A DNA stretch of 64,000 bases from Squalus acanthias. Its lineage: Eukaryota. Position 1 is the first letter of the stretch; every line of letters starts with the position of its first letter. Positions 1 to 11,806 of this stretch are shown here, piece after piece. The DNA is taken from the NCBI GenBank assembly GCA_030390025.1, contig CM059435.1, positions 66,030,001 through 66,094,000 on the forward strand. The letters are read 5' to 3'. The notes beneath the pieces were generated by a model that ran no database searches, was not told the DNA's origin, and saw only the letters and a list, made by a program, of their open reading frames with translations. Both the position numbers and the translations under genes were made by a program.

Positions 1-544
1 CTTACACATTACAAGTTCCTTAAACACTCAGATGTTTTTATATTAAGGATACACGTTTGGCTTTCGAAGTGTTAAAAGGGGCAGCGCCCAGATTGCGCAG
101 TTATATCCCCCCCCCCCCCCCCCACTTCCAAAAACGTGGAGTGCCTAAATACTTTGCAGAAGGTTAAAATAGTGGCCAAGCGAATGCTGTGTTGGCCGAG
201 TCTGGACCATTTTAAACAAAATAAGACCCACCCACCCTGGGCTATTTAAAAGCGTTCAATACAGCGTTGCAGTTGCACTGAGAGTCTTGTTTGCATTTCC
301 CTGCCCGAATTGTCTAACCTGTGAAGTCGCTGCACATTTCATAAACAGCGCGGAAACATACTTGTTTTGCACTCTCTCAAATAGGGAGCTTGGTCGCTTT
401 TTTTCTTGCTTAAATTTTCAGATTTAATTTGTATGCTTAAAATGATTTGAGTTTTTTTCCCAAACGCTTTAGGCGGAACCTGTATCGCGGGACTTGAGTT
501 TTTTTTTGTATTGTCATTTATAGCACTGTCTAGCTGACACATAC

Positions 545-1290
545 AATCATAGACTGGTTATAGCACGGAAGGCGGCCATTCGGCCCGTCCTGCCCGTGCC
601 GACTCTCAGCAAGTCCCACTCCCCTGCCCTTTCCCTGTAGCCCTGCAATTTTTTTCTGTCAGATACTTATCCAACTCCCTTTTTTTGAAAGGTAAGATTG
701 AGTCTGCCTCCACCACCCTTTCAGGCAGTGCATTCCAGATCCTAACCACTTGCTGTGTTTACAAAAAAAAAGTTTTTTCTTGTCTCCTTCGGTTCTCTTA
801 CCAATCACCTTAAATCTGTGTCCTCTGGTTCTTGACCCTTCTGCCAATGGGAACAGTTTCCCTCTGTACTCTATCTAGACCCCCTCATAATTTTGAACAC
901 CTCTATCAAATCTCCTCTCAACCTTCTGTGTTCCAAGGAGAACAACCCTAGCTTCTCCAGTCTATCAATGTAACTGAAATCCCTCATCCCTGGAATCATT
1001 CTCATAAATCTTTTCTGCACTCTAAGGCCTTCACATCCTTCCTAAAGTGTGGTGCCCAGAATTGGACACAGTACTTCAGTTGGAGCCGAACCAGTGTTTT
1101 ATACAGGTCGTCATAATTTCCCCACTTTTGTACTCTCTCTCTATTTATGAAGTCCAGGATCCTGTATGCCTTTTTAACTGCTTTCTCAACCAGCCCTGCC
1201 ACCTTCAACGATTTGTGCACATATACCCGCAGGTCTCTGTTTGTGCACCCCCTTTAGGATTGTACCATTTAGTTTATATGTCCTCTCATT
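545..1290 (-). mobile_element. CR1-clade LINE, 5'-truncated 3' fragment
   Basis: Minus ORFs [29 protein letters not shown] and RTRGHRFKVIGKR are the CR1 ORF2 C-terminus; the 3' tail appears as AATCATAG...GGCCATTCGGCCC at the left edge. Confidence 0.9.
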
Positions 1291-1909
1291 CTACCAAAAG
1301 TTGCATTGTTAGTGTGCCCATTTTTAACTGCGCCATTTGTACATTGTTTTAAAAACGTAATCGCTGAATTGTGGCACAGTGGCGAGTAACTTGCTCTGTT
1401 CCCCTCGAAAGCTGCTTCATATTTGAAGTAGGACGTGCAGGAATTGGCCCTTCCATGTGTCCTGTTGGAATGCACGTAGTAATTGACCTACCGTTGCCCT
1501 CTTGGGTCAAAGCTTGCAGTATTACTTGTTTTATGCAGCACTTGTGCACTTTACAACTTAACCTTCAGTAGATAATGGGCGTTCTACAGCTTCACAAATA
1601 AGGTTGCATTGTGAATCTGAAGTGTCTGTTATAGGATAATGTATTAAAGCTTTTGCTAAAACAGATTGAGTATATATTTATTTCCTTTGCAAGTGCCTCA
1701 ATGGAAATGCAGTTGAACACAACAATGTTTTCAGGGCGAGCCAATATTTTCTTCAATACACTATTTCTCATTGAATATCAATCTCTTCCAGCCATATGAA
1801 ACACTCCAACTTAAATTGTTCTAGATAAACCCTTGGTATGAATTCCATTACTGTGCATACGGTGAATGTGATTGGCACACATAACCATGTGGTGGTTTTT
1901 TTCCCCAAG

Positions 1910-1969
1910 GCAAAACTGGATGACTATAAAGAACGCCTAAAACAAGAAGAACTGAATCAGGATCAATTG
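1910..1969 (+). CDS. CAPRIN2: Caprin-2 coding exon 1 in window (AKLDDYKERLKQEELNQDQL), HR1 domain
   Basis: ccccaag|GCA...TTG|gtatgt, 60 nt, phase 0/0; matches the caprin KL(D/E)DY..R....LN.DQL motif. Confidence 0.93.
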
Positions 1970-2579
1970 GTATGTATTTTTGAATTGGTTAATCCTAGTG
2001 GTTGGTAACCTCCCCAACCTGTAGTTTTCAGGTTCCACAAGACTTGCTATTGTGGAGCTGAAGAGCTGGTCAAATTGACGCTACTATAGTCTCTATTACT
2101 AAGCTTAAACTAAATTTAAGCTTAAACAATCAAACATTCCCTGTATCATTAGTTGCTACCTGTGTGAAATTCAATTTGTACTCTTAAGCCTCATGCTTAA
2201 CATCCTGCCTCTACTTTATTTTGAATAAGCTTCCCATTAACTTGGGCTTGTATTGAACATTTATTTTGCAGTCTTGCTTTGGAGATGTTAAATTGCCAAC
2301 TTAAACTCTGTGAAATGAGCAGTTAGCACTCGCCAAGATCACTTCATAGCTATATGGCAGTTTTTATATTGGACTTGAGATACAAACTGCATATGCTCAA
2401 CAGCTACTGTAACTGCAGCTATGATCTTGCTGTGAGGAAGTATAGATTGGGTATTTTTCTTTGAGGCTAACCTAAAACTGGTCAGAATTGTTTGTGTACT
2501 GCTTATTCCAATGCTCTCTTGGCTGGCTTCTACTCTCTGTAAACTTCAGCTCCTCAAACTCTGCTGGCTGTATCAACCA

Positions 2580-3240
2580 TAGCTTGCATTTATATAGTGC
2601 CTTTTTAATGTAGGAATTTGAAAATAAGGATGTGAATTTCAACATCTGTGTTGCTGGACTGGGAACCATTGTTGGTCCATGATGGGTTTATGGGATGGTG
2701 ACCGTTAGGATATGGGCAGGAGAGTTTTGGATGACCTCTAGTATATAGAGGGTGCAAGATGGCAGGCTGGCCAGGAGAGCATTGGAATAGTCAAGTGTAG
2801 AGGTAACCAAGGCATGGATGAGGGATTTTACAAGAGGCAGGGCGGTGATGGATGTTAGAGGTGAAAGTAGGCGGTCTTGGTGATGGATATGGAGTTGAAA
2901 GCTCATCTTGCGGACAAATAGGATGGCAAGGTTGTGAATGGTCTTGTTCAGCCTCACAGTAGCCAGGGAGACTGGTGGAGCCTGAGGCAGGGTCCAAATA
3001 CAATGGCTTCAGTCTTCCCAATATTTAGTTGGAGGAAATTTCTGCACATCCAGTATTGGATGTCAAACAAGCATTGTGACTTGGTGGTGGGTGAGGTAGA
3101 GCTGGGTGTCGTGGTGTACATGTGGATCCTGACTTGTTTTCTGATGTCACTGAGGGGCAGCATGTAGATGAGCAATAGGATTGAGCCAAGGATAGATCCT
3201 TGGGGGACATGAGGTAATGGAGTGGGAAGAGATGGACCCA
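2580..3240 (-). mobile_element. L2-clade LINE fragment with internal deletion
   Basis: Minus ORFs VPQGSILG, LQLNIGKTEAIVFG and LIHALVTSTLDYSNALLASLP; L2-type tail (cttgcatttatatag) at about 2583. Confidence 0.85.
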
Positions 3241-3650
3241 CACCAAGTCTTGTTCACCCATCACCCCTGTGCTCACTGACCTACATTGACTGGCAACACC
3301 TCAAATTTAAAATTGTCATCCTTGTGTTCAGATTCCTCCATGACCTCCCCTTCACCCCTCCCTATCTCTAACTTCTCCAGCCCTACAAACTTTCCAGATC
3401 TCTGCACTCCAATTCTGGTTTCTTGCACTTCTTCTAATTTCCATCGTGCCTCCCTAAACCTCTTTGCCTCTCTACTGCTTTCCTCCTTTAAGACACTTCT
3501 TAAAACCTACCTCTTTGACCAAGCTTTTGGTCACCTGCCCTAATATCTCTAGTGGCTTGGTAACAATTTTGTTTGAAAACGCTCCTGTGAAGCGCCTTGG
3601 GACATTTTACTACTTTTTAAAGGCGCTATATAAATAAATGAAGTTGTTGC
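3241..3650 (+). mobile_element. L2-clade LINE 3' end
   Basis: TKSCSPITPVLTDLH start, FKTLLKTYLFDQAF, and tail GTGAAGCGCCTTGGGAC...GGCGCTATATAAAT. Confidence 0.85.
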
Positions 3651-4868
3651 TTGGCCTTCATGCTGTCATTGTTTTGACATTTTGCACCAAGGTGGGAAAT
3701 TTATTTGGAGGTGACTTGATTACCTGTGAACTGGAGTTAAAATTGCATGTTGCTGCTTTCTGAAACTTTTTCCTGAAACCTTTTTACTTTTTTACTTGCA
3801 CTATGTATGGAGGATATCCCATGATAAATTCTTGGTCCAATTGTTTGCCATTTATTAGCAGAAGCTGTGTGAAGTAATAAAACTGAGCAATTACCATTGT
3901 AAATAGGCTGACATGCGAGTGTTTGAGTGCATGAATGAGGCCTGGCCCTAACTGTGTATTTCAGCACCACTTACTAACATGCTCTGTAACTTTTGAAAGC
4001 TCACTCAAATAGTACACTGCAAAGGAGTTAATCTTATTGCATTTGTTAACTTCCCTTGACTGTTGCTAACCAAACCAGCATAGAATTGTAATGGACCGGA
4101 GCTGGAGAATCAGTGAACGAGACACCTGACCCAAATTGCTAACAGGGTGGGAACATTCAATATGTACTAGAGTAGATCTTCTCCTCTTCCCATGTAATGC
4201 ACCATAATCTTTCCCCCTTCTCTCCTCCTGCCCTATTGTGCAATACGGAGGGAGGGGAAAGAAGAAAAAAATCAGCTGAACTTCTCCCAGATGAATTATA
4301 TTGGTGCTAAATATGTGGTGGAGCATTTTGGGTGTTTTCTGTGGGCTAATGAGAATAAGTTAGTTGGTATGGGGTGGGGGGGGAGAGGGGGCAGAAGCTA
4401 GACAGAACAACATCTAGAGAATAATAGGGAGGGGGACACAAGATTTTTACACTCCTTCCTCAAACTTGTCCATACAAAAATTTAAGCTCTCAATACTGTC
4501 ACTTGGTCTCAGTTGGTTACAGTTCTTGTGCTGGTTTATGTTCTTACTGTGAGCTATGTAATTGCTACAGCAATTCAAGCTGTACTTTTCAGGGGAAACC
4601 AAGGGTCTTGCTATAACTAACTTGATCATTAAAGGTGCGGCTCCATATTTTGCCAAGACAAAAATTCAACCATTTGAGTATTAGAATTTTGCTTTCAAAG
4701 ATGTGTGTAAATATTGTGTAGTTCTCCAACTATTAGTAAACTGGCCACTGTCTGGCTAAGATGCAACCATAAATTACTTTTTGGAAAATCTGTCAGAACT
4801 TTTGTTTTGAGGTCTTGGATTTAAATGCCTAAACTAAGACCATAATGCACTAATGCTGTCTTTCACAG

Positions 4869-4955
4869 GATGCTGTAGAGAAATATGAAGAAGTAATTCA
4901 CAATCTGGAATTTGCTAAGGAGCTGCAAAAAACCTTTGCTGCTCTCAACCAAGAG
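4869..4955 (+). CDS. CAPRIN2: Caprin-2 exon 2 (DAVEKYEEVIHNLEFAKELQKTFAALNQE)
   Basis: tttcacag|GAT...GAG|gtaaga, 87 nt, phase 0/0; conserved NLEFAKELQ motif. Confidence 0.96.
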
Positions 4956-5439
4956 GTAAGATCTTCTTTGCTGCTAATGGGCTCAGGGAGGAATGGTTAC
5001 ATAGCACTGGAGGCGAACTGTGTTGGATTGTGCGGTCTGCATCTTGAACAGATGCTATTCCTCACTGTTGGAAACTTTAAGATATGGAATTACAGGGGCT
5101 ACAGCATATAAGCTTTTGAATTTGCTGTACCAGCATTGAATAACTGCCTACCGATTACTCTTGAATGTGAGATCTTACTTGAATCTTCATGGGTTTTAAT
5201 GACATCAACTCAGTTGGCAGTTTGGACTCTTGTGCAATCTTCTGCTATTTGGTTTTTCAAAATTGCAACTGTGGCAACACGCTGTGACCTAGACAGTGTT
5301 TGTGCTGTCTGAATGTCGGCAATGCAAGTTTAATACCAGCATTTGCACAGGCCAATTGCACCAAAAAATGATGGTGGCTCTTAATATTTGACATGATCGT
5401 TCACAACTGCAGATGGACTTTTCAAAATGGAGATGTTTC

Positions 5440-5830
5440 TCCATTTTTGTCAAGTTTCTACCCTAATGTTGACCTGTGCATAGTTCCTCAGTGGCAGTCA
5501 CCTTGTGGTATCTTGCCCAAGTGGCACTTGGCTTTCATGTCAATCTTGATAATTGTTGATGGCCTATTCAACTCTGGGGCATCAACTGGTCCTGATCCAC
5601 ATGCATCTTTAGCAAGGTTGGCAGGATAGTTATCAAGAGAAAACTCTAGCTTTTTTCTTTCTCTTCTCCCCTCCCCCCCCCCCCCCCCCTCCCTCAACTA
5701 GCATTCTGAGGCCATTTGCTGTGCTGCTCCAATTTAAGATTGGCTAACCGGCACAGACAAGATTGAGCCTTGGTCCTTCCTGGTCTGGTGCAGTCGGCCA
5801 CTCCCTTAACTGGCCTAATCACCAAAGGAG
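5440..5830 (-). mobile_element. Old SINE-like remnant
   Basis: Reverse strand resembles a degenerate tRNA-headed repeat (cagaccaggaaggaccaaggctcaatc...); family not identified. Confidence 0.35.
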
Positions 5831-5897
5831 CACTAGACCTTGCTTTAAGCTCAGATCCCAGATTTATTTTTGATTTTTATGATTTTATTTTGAACAG

Positions 5898-6136
5898 CTG
5901 CTAAAAGCACAAAGGAAAACTCTGCGACGTGAACAACTCCTAAGGACGGAAATGGAGAAGAGACGTCTGTTTACCGTATTGCACGTTCGATATGTACTGG
6001 AGAACTTCAACCAGGAGCACGTTCGGAATGACTTCAGAGATGGCCTTAACGGTGCATTTCTCATTTCACGGAAGGATATTAGTTACCTCAAGGACTTCTG
6101 TAAACTTGCCTGTCCTGAAAGGAATGAGAGAATGTC
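5898..6136 (+). CDS. CAPRIN2: Caprin-2 exon 3 (LLKAQRKTLRREQLLRTEMEKRR...CPERNERMS), dimerisation region
   Basis: tgaacag|CTG...TC|gtaagt, 239 nt, phase 0/2; overlaps ORF 5952..6140; QEHV..DF..GLNGA and CPERNE are Caprin-2 motifs. Confidence 0.96.
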
Positions 6137-6194
6137 GTAAGTAATGGCTTGACATGAGGTTGTTCATAGCATCTTCTGTGTAATGTTTTTAAAA

Positions 6195-6305
6195 ATTCAT
6201 TTTTGGGCTAGTGGTGGTGGCGGTTCTTGAACTGCTATAGTCCTTGTGGTGAAGGTGCTCCCACAATGCTGTTGGTAGGGAGTTCCAGGTTTTTGATCCA
6301 GTGAC
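6195..6305 (-). mobile_element. Short LINE 3' fragment, same family as 22200-22745
   Basis: Shares cttgaac(t/c)..tggtgaaggt(g/a)ctcccaca.tgctgtt...gagttccagg with 22270-22350. Confidence 0.6.
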
Positions 6306-6757
6306 TTAACAGTAACAAGGTATTGCTAAACCTGAATAAAATTGATTTCAGTAATATATGCACTTCATAATTCCAGTATTATGCTATGCTTTTTAGAAGT
6401 AGATGGATAATTTGTGCTTGTGTATGTATACTAAAGCAGTGCTTCCAAGAGTTTTGAAACCAGAGTTACAGCTGGATTGCATGCTTGAAAACGATACCTA
6501 ATTGAACCAAGATACTGAATTGGCTAAAAACCACTTTCAAATGACCACCTGTAATGTAGGAGGGTAACAATGGGTGGAGTACTTGGGGTGGGTTAGAGCC
6601 GATTAATTCAGTTGGGTATCTGCTTTGAAAGCAGATGTCTCCTCACTTGGAAACCCATTTTTTTTAGTGGGAGCAAGCTTTTGGAGGAGTCCTTCCTCTT
6701 GGATCTTAATAGGTGTTTCTTTTGGCTCTGACCATTTGGATAGGGGTAGTTTGTTGC

Positions 6758-7230
6758 CATAGGAACAGGAGTAGGTCATTGAGCCCCTCGAGCCTGTTCT
6801 GCCATTCAATGAGATCATGGCTGATCTGCAACTTAACTCCATATACCCGCCTTTGGCCCATATCACTTAATACCTTTGGTTAACAAAAAGCTATCAATCT
6901 CCGATTTAAAATTAACAATTAATCCAGCATCAATTGCTGTTTGCGGAAGATAGTTCCAAATGTCTACCGCCCTTTGTGTAGAAGTGTTTCCTAATTTCAC
7001 TCCAAGGTCTGGCTCTAATTTTTAGACTATGCCCCCCTAGTCCTAGAATCCCCCAACCAGTGGAAATAGTTTCTCTTTATCTACCCTATCTGTTCCCCCT
7101 AAATATTTTAAACTTCGATCAGATCACCCCTTAACCTAAATTCTGGGGCATACAATACAACCCTAATTTGTGTAATCTCTCCTCGTAACTTAACCCTTGG
7201 AAGTCTGGGCATCATTCTGTCAAACCCTGG
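6758..7230 (-). mobile_element. CR1 LINE 3' fragment
   Basis: Tail cataggaacaggagtaggtcatt...gatcatggctgatct; minus ORF EFRLRGDLIEV. Confidence 0.85.
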
Positions 7231-7582
7231 TTTCAAGTGATGTCTGTTTGGTATTGGTTTGATGCAAGGGAGCTGAAGATGCTGAAATTGCAACTTCAGC
7301 TGGTCTTTCTCTGCTTATAACCTCATTTTCCTCCAGTTGGTTTCTGATTGGAGGCATTACTATGAAGCCTGTTAATTTTTTCACCCAGCATCTAAGTATA
7401 CTTCCAGTTGGAATAAAACTGCATCACTGCTACCCTGCCTGAGATTTGGTTTTGGGGCACACAGATCTGGGATGTTCCTATGTCGCTTGAGGGCACACCA
7501 TTGACCTTGACCACTGCTGGGGGAAGAAAAGAAATTACCTATTTATGTATGCATGCCTGTTCTTGGTATTTTGTCCTTTCAG

Positions 7583-7665
7583 CATTGAAGATCAAATGGA
7601 ATTGGTGTCAAATCAAATATGGGACCTATTGGAAGGAGCTGATAAGATGGTTGCTGGTACCAGCT
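7583..7665 (+). CDS. CAPRIN2: Caprin-2 exon 4 (IEDQMELVSNQIWDLLEGADKMVAGTS)
   Basis: cctttcag|C...T|gtaagt, 83 nt, phase 2/1; EDQME and WDLLEG motifs. Confidence 0.95.
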
Positions 7666-7868
7666 GTAAGTTCAAATCTTGTTTTTTGAAGTGAATGTGG
7701 ACCTTCATTGTACATGCTAATATCACGATCTTGGATTCATCATCATGATTACTTTTAATTCCTGATCATGGAATTTTGAAACATCTCAAGCATTTGTAGT
7801 AACTTGTGTTGATACTGAATAGTGACCATCTTGACTTTGTAAAGGCAGCATGTTTTTTCTTCTCCTAG

Positions 7869-8018
7869 ATAAACATTTGAAGGAGATAATCAGCAAACTA
7901 CTGAAGTGTGACTACTTCGATAGTATTCCAGTCCCTCACAATGGGCTGCAGGAAGATGATAAAATCAAAGAGGTGCAAGTAACCTCCAAGCCTAAGGCCC
8001 AATCTGTAAAGGAACCTG
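7869..8018 (+). CDS. CAPRIN2: Caprin-2 exon 5 (YKHLKEIISKLLKCDYFDSIPVP...KEP)
   Basis: ctcctag|AT...G|gtaagt, 150 nt, phase 1/1; within ORF 7850..8176. Confidence 0.95.
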
Positions 8019-10064
8019 GTAAGTGTAACAATCAAATAATGCACAGCAAGATCCCACTAGTCTACAGTTCCACTTGCTGCAACACCACATTATTTTGGCA
8101 GAGAATGCCCTTTCTCCAGTGGTATTGGGTTTGCATCCAGCCCATACTCTGGGGTCAGCCCTCTTGGCTGCAGTAGTTCTAATTCAAATCAGTTGAATTA
8201 ATTTGGTAGAATTCTTTGTGGTGGTGAATGTGGCGTATAACCACCCCATGATTTGAGGACTAACTGGCCAGTTTAGTTTAGTCAGGATTTTAGTGGAGAT
8301 GGTATGAAGGTCTGGGTGCTTCTTCTGAGGATGGGTTTAAGTGAGCAGCGAGAGATGATGGTTTAAAGTGATGCTGACTGCACCTGGAGGAAATTCATGT
8401 CAATTGCTTGACACTGACATTTATACCCTTGAGCCAAATATAGTTGCATTCTCCTGTCCAGTTTGCTACCATTTGAGGGTTGGCTGTTGAAACCTGCCAG
8501 TATTCATCTTTGGAGTTGCTTGCTCAGTTGGCTGAGAAGGACTGAGGTGACCTGACCTCCACCTTCTCTCTCTGCTATTACCAGGTCCTTGCATGTCTTC
8601 AGTAACTCAAAGGTAGTGCCAAAAGCTGCAGTTAACTGCATTTGTCTAAGTTGTATGGTTTTGGCTGTCAGCCCAACTCCTAGCACGGTTATATGGTGGG
8701 CGGAAGAAAACTGGCTTGATCCATTCCTTTGGTTGGATTTGAGGTTTGAGGAAGTTGCCTTGGGAATTACTGGCATAAATCGGTATTGTAGCACTAGATG
8801 GTGGACTGAAGTGCCTACCACAGCCTACATTTTTGGCCAGAAATAACTGTCAAAATGTTTGTTTTTGGGGAGTTCTAGGCTGTGCATTTCCCCATTTGGA
8901 AACTGCCTGACTAGAGGGTAAATAGGTGATGTGTTTACCATGGTATATTGAGAACAGCTAGAAGGTATATGACCAGATTAGTGACATGCTGCTAGTGGTG
9001 GCATTGGTGATTGGGGGGGCACTCTACTTGTTAAACACTGGCTTTTGCATTGTTGTATTGGAGGGCCACAGTAGGAATTTCAAATGCTGCTCTTCACAAA
9101 CTCACGAGCGTGAAGGTTTTGGGGAGTGAGTTCATTCTCCATAGAAAACTTAGGCATTTTCTACTAAAGGGGCATGCATACTCTTAATTATAAACATCTA
9201 AGTGCACAATTGAATTTTAATCTTGAACAAGTGGCACTGTTTATCCTTATTCAACAGACCATTTACTACTCAAACATCTACCTCCTGTTTTCTGTCCCCT
9301 CCACTCGTCCTCAATTCATGCTGACACTTTCTCTCCTTCCCACCACTCCTGACTGACTTAATTCTGCAGTTGCTCCAGGAAAGGGAACTCTGCTGCGGAT
9401 GGGAATTCCTGAACTTGCACACTATTGCAGATTCCTGTCCAGAGTTCCATCCTTGGAGCAGCAGCAGGAAATGGAGCTCACTTATTCTATGCCATTGCTG
9501 TCCTTGTCCTATCTTCAATAGTTGTACACAATTCGTGTTGGCAGAACTGGTTTCAAGGAGGGCTTCACCTTGAATTCTACAAGCATAAGTGGACCATTTT
9601 GCTGGGTTTAATGAAGTTCTGTGGTTTTGGTTCTAGTCCTGCTGAGTTTAAGTGTTTGGGTAGTGAAACTGTATTCCTCTTCCATTTGGTGGGATTGATT
9701 GCTTTATGATGGTACTAAGAATTAATTGTTCTGCGAGCTCGGTATTCTTGGGTGCCCATATGGCAGCTACATCTCCTCCTTTTGGCACCTGACCCAGTCT
9801 AGTGTGCCATGAGGACACTGGAACTAGAGTCCATATTGAAACTCACTGTGGCTTCAATGTGTCCCAGAGTGACAGAGCAAACTTGTTGGATAGAAAGTAA
9901 TAAAAGCATGACTAGTACCTCTTGGAGATTGGCAAAAAATTGGCATGGTAAAATTGAGCCTGTTAGACTTGTATAAATTGGGGCTCAGCTGCTCATTTTA
10001 ATAACTGCATCTATATCATGAGGTTTTCTTTTAACTTCCTGCTTGTAAACTTTTTTCATTGCAG

Positions 10065-10111
10065 AATCTGACCTGCATTTTTTGTGCTCGAATGAAGTGC
10101 AGCCAAGAGAG
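10065..10111 (+). CDS. CAPRIN2: Caprin-2 exon 6 (ESDLHFLCSNEVQPRE)
   Basis: ttgcag|AA...GAG|gtaatg, 47 nt, phase 1/0; bridges the phase and resembles Caprin-2 E(I/V)QP.E before FLNR. Confidence 0.88.
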
Positions 10112-10282
10112 GTAATGAGCTATCCTTCCCACATCGGCTTTCGGCGTCCATTTTAAACTGTCAAATTGAGAGTATCCCTTTTGTTGGTGTTGTGCATGGT
10201 TGTGTGGTAACTTCGTGCTGCATTTAATTGGGCTCTGTTCTCCTATATGCACTGTAAATCAATGAAAAGCTGGGGGAAAACA

Positions 10283-10703
10283 GACTTCCATTTATATGGC
10301 AACTTTCAAGACATCCTAAAATGCTTTACAGCCAATGAAGTACTTTTGAAGTGTAGTCGCTGTTGTAATGTAGGGAAACGCAGCAGCCAATTTGCACACA
10401 GCAAGCTCCCACAAACAATGAAATAAATGACCAGATGATCTGTTTTGTGTTGAGGGATAAATACTGGGAGAACTCCTCTGCTCTTGTCCGAAAAGTGCCA
10501 TGGGATCTTTTACATCCACTTGATAGGGCAGAAGAGGCCTCAGTTAACAACATCTCATTAAGACGGTACCTCCAACAGTGCAGCACTCCCTCTGTACTGC
10601 ACTGAAGTGTCGGCCTAGATTATGCACTCCAATCTCTAGAGTGGGACTTGAACCCACAATTTTCTGACTCTGGCAAGCTTCCTACCACTGAGCCACAGCT
10701 GAC
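10283..10703 (-). mobile_element. tRNA-derived SINE (Deu/SacSINE1-like) with L2-type tail
   Basis: Reverse-strand A box TGGCTCAGTGG and B box GGTTCAAGTCC at the right end; body recurs near 17700, 30047 and 60130. Confidence 0.85.
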
Positions 10704-11314
10704 CATCTACTACCTTTTTCTTCCCCCACCCTCCCGAGTAGAATGGTTTAGTCTTAAGATCTTAGCTGTGAATTGGCTGTACCAATTCAAATATCACAAA
10801 ACCTGATTGCTTTGAGAATTGAGGTTATCCCATGCAAGGTTCAAGTGCATCAGCATTCTGAAGACTATGTATAAGTAGTTTAACCATCTGTGTTGTCTAG
10901 CATTCTGGACAAATACAGAAACCAATTTGAACCAGACAAAGGAAATTAGTGACCAGCAAATTTTGAAACCACTAACTTCTCATCGTCTCCCTTTCTTCTG
11001 GCTTGTGAGGCTTTTGGTTCAGCTCAGTCTGGCAAATTTGTCGCACTGGGGATGCCACATTTCTGGCCATCTTGTTTTTGATCAGAGTTTGTGCCAACAG
11101 TAACCTCTTGAGCAGTGTTACACTCAACTCATTGCTGTGGACTTGTAGCTCATAACTGGAGGATAGTGACCATGGAGCACTTTGCCTTCTCCACTTTAAT
11201 ATAATGGAGCAGAAATTGGAAGTGTGTAATAGTCTGTCTTTTGGTGCTTTGCTTCTAGCAATGTGAAATTAATGTACTTGCACCTGCTGCCAGAACTCAA
11301 TTTCCTCTTTCCAG

Positions 11315-11683
11315 TTTTTGAATAGGCAGTACCTGAACAAAACTGACTACGCTGTAAAACAGCCAGAAAAACCAAGAAACTGGGAAGCAGAGTATGTTGG
11401 CGGGAAGCAAGAGGAGGTTCCCAAAAAATGGGACACCGACTACGTCAGTAGAAAGCAAGAGGACTCACCCCCTAAAAAGTGGGATAGCGAGTACATTGAT
11501 AGAAAACGGGACAAGGAGCCTGTCAAAAAGTGGGATACAGAGTACGTCAATAGGAAGCCGGAGGAGCAGCCCAAAAAGTGGGATATGCAGTACTCTGACC
11601 TACAGGAGACGAAAAGGTGGGAACCCGGATCTGTCCCAAAGGAATCTGCTGAACCAAAGAGAATTCTGCCCGAGCCCAAAGAG
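11315..11683 (+). CDS. CAPRIN2: Caprin-2 exon 7 (FLNRQYL... KKWD repeat region ...ILPEPKE)
   Basis: tttccag|TTT...GAG|gtgaga, 369 nt, phase 0/0; ORF 11318..11737. Confidence 0.93.
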
Positions 11684-11764
11684 GTGAGAAGACCGGCCGG
11701 CTTTGGTGGCCTAGAAACGCCTGCACGTCATGACTAACCGTCCTTTTTCTTTTTCTCTATTTAG

Positions 11765-11806
11765 AAACGGGATCGTATATCAAAACCTGAACCTGAAGTG
11801 AAGCAA
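11765..11806 (+). CDS. CAPRIN2: Putative 42-nt cassette exon 8 (KRDRISKPEPEVKQ)
   Basis: Branch-like ACTAAC, strong polypyrimidine tract, ttag| acceptor, |gtgggt donor, phase 0/0, open frame; not recognised by homology. Confidence 0.6.

Noticed and set aside
1-540. CpG-richer start of the window as promoter or first exon
   Set aside because: No recognisable caprin N-terminal exon or clear promoter; at most the edge of an upstream CpG island.
2690-3260. Twin-priming inversion of a single L2
   Set aside because: The minus copy has its own downstream region and tail, so two copies explain it better.
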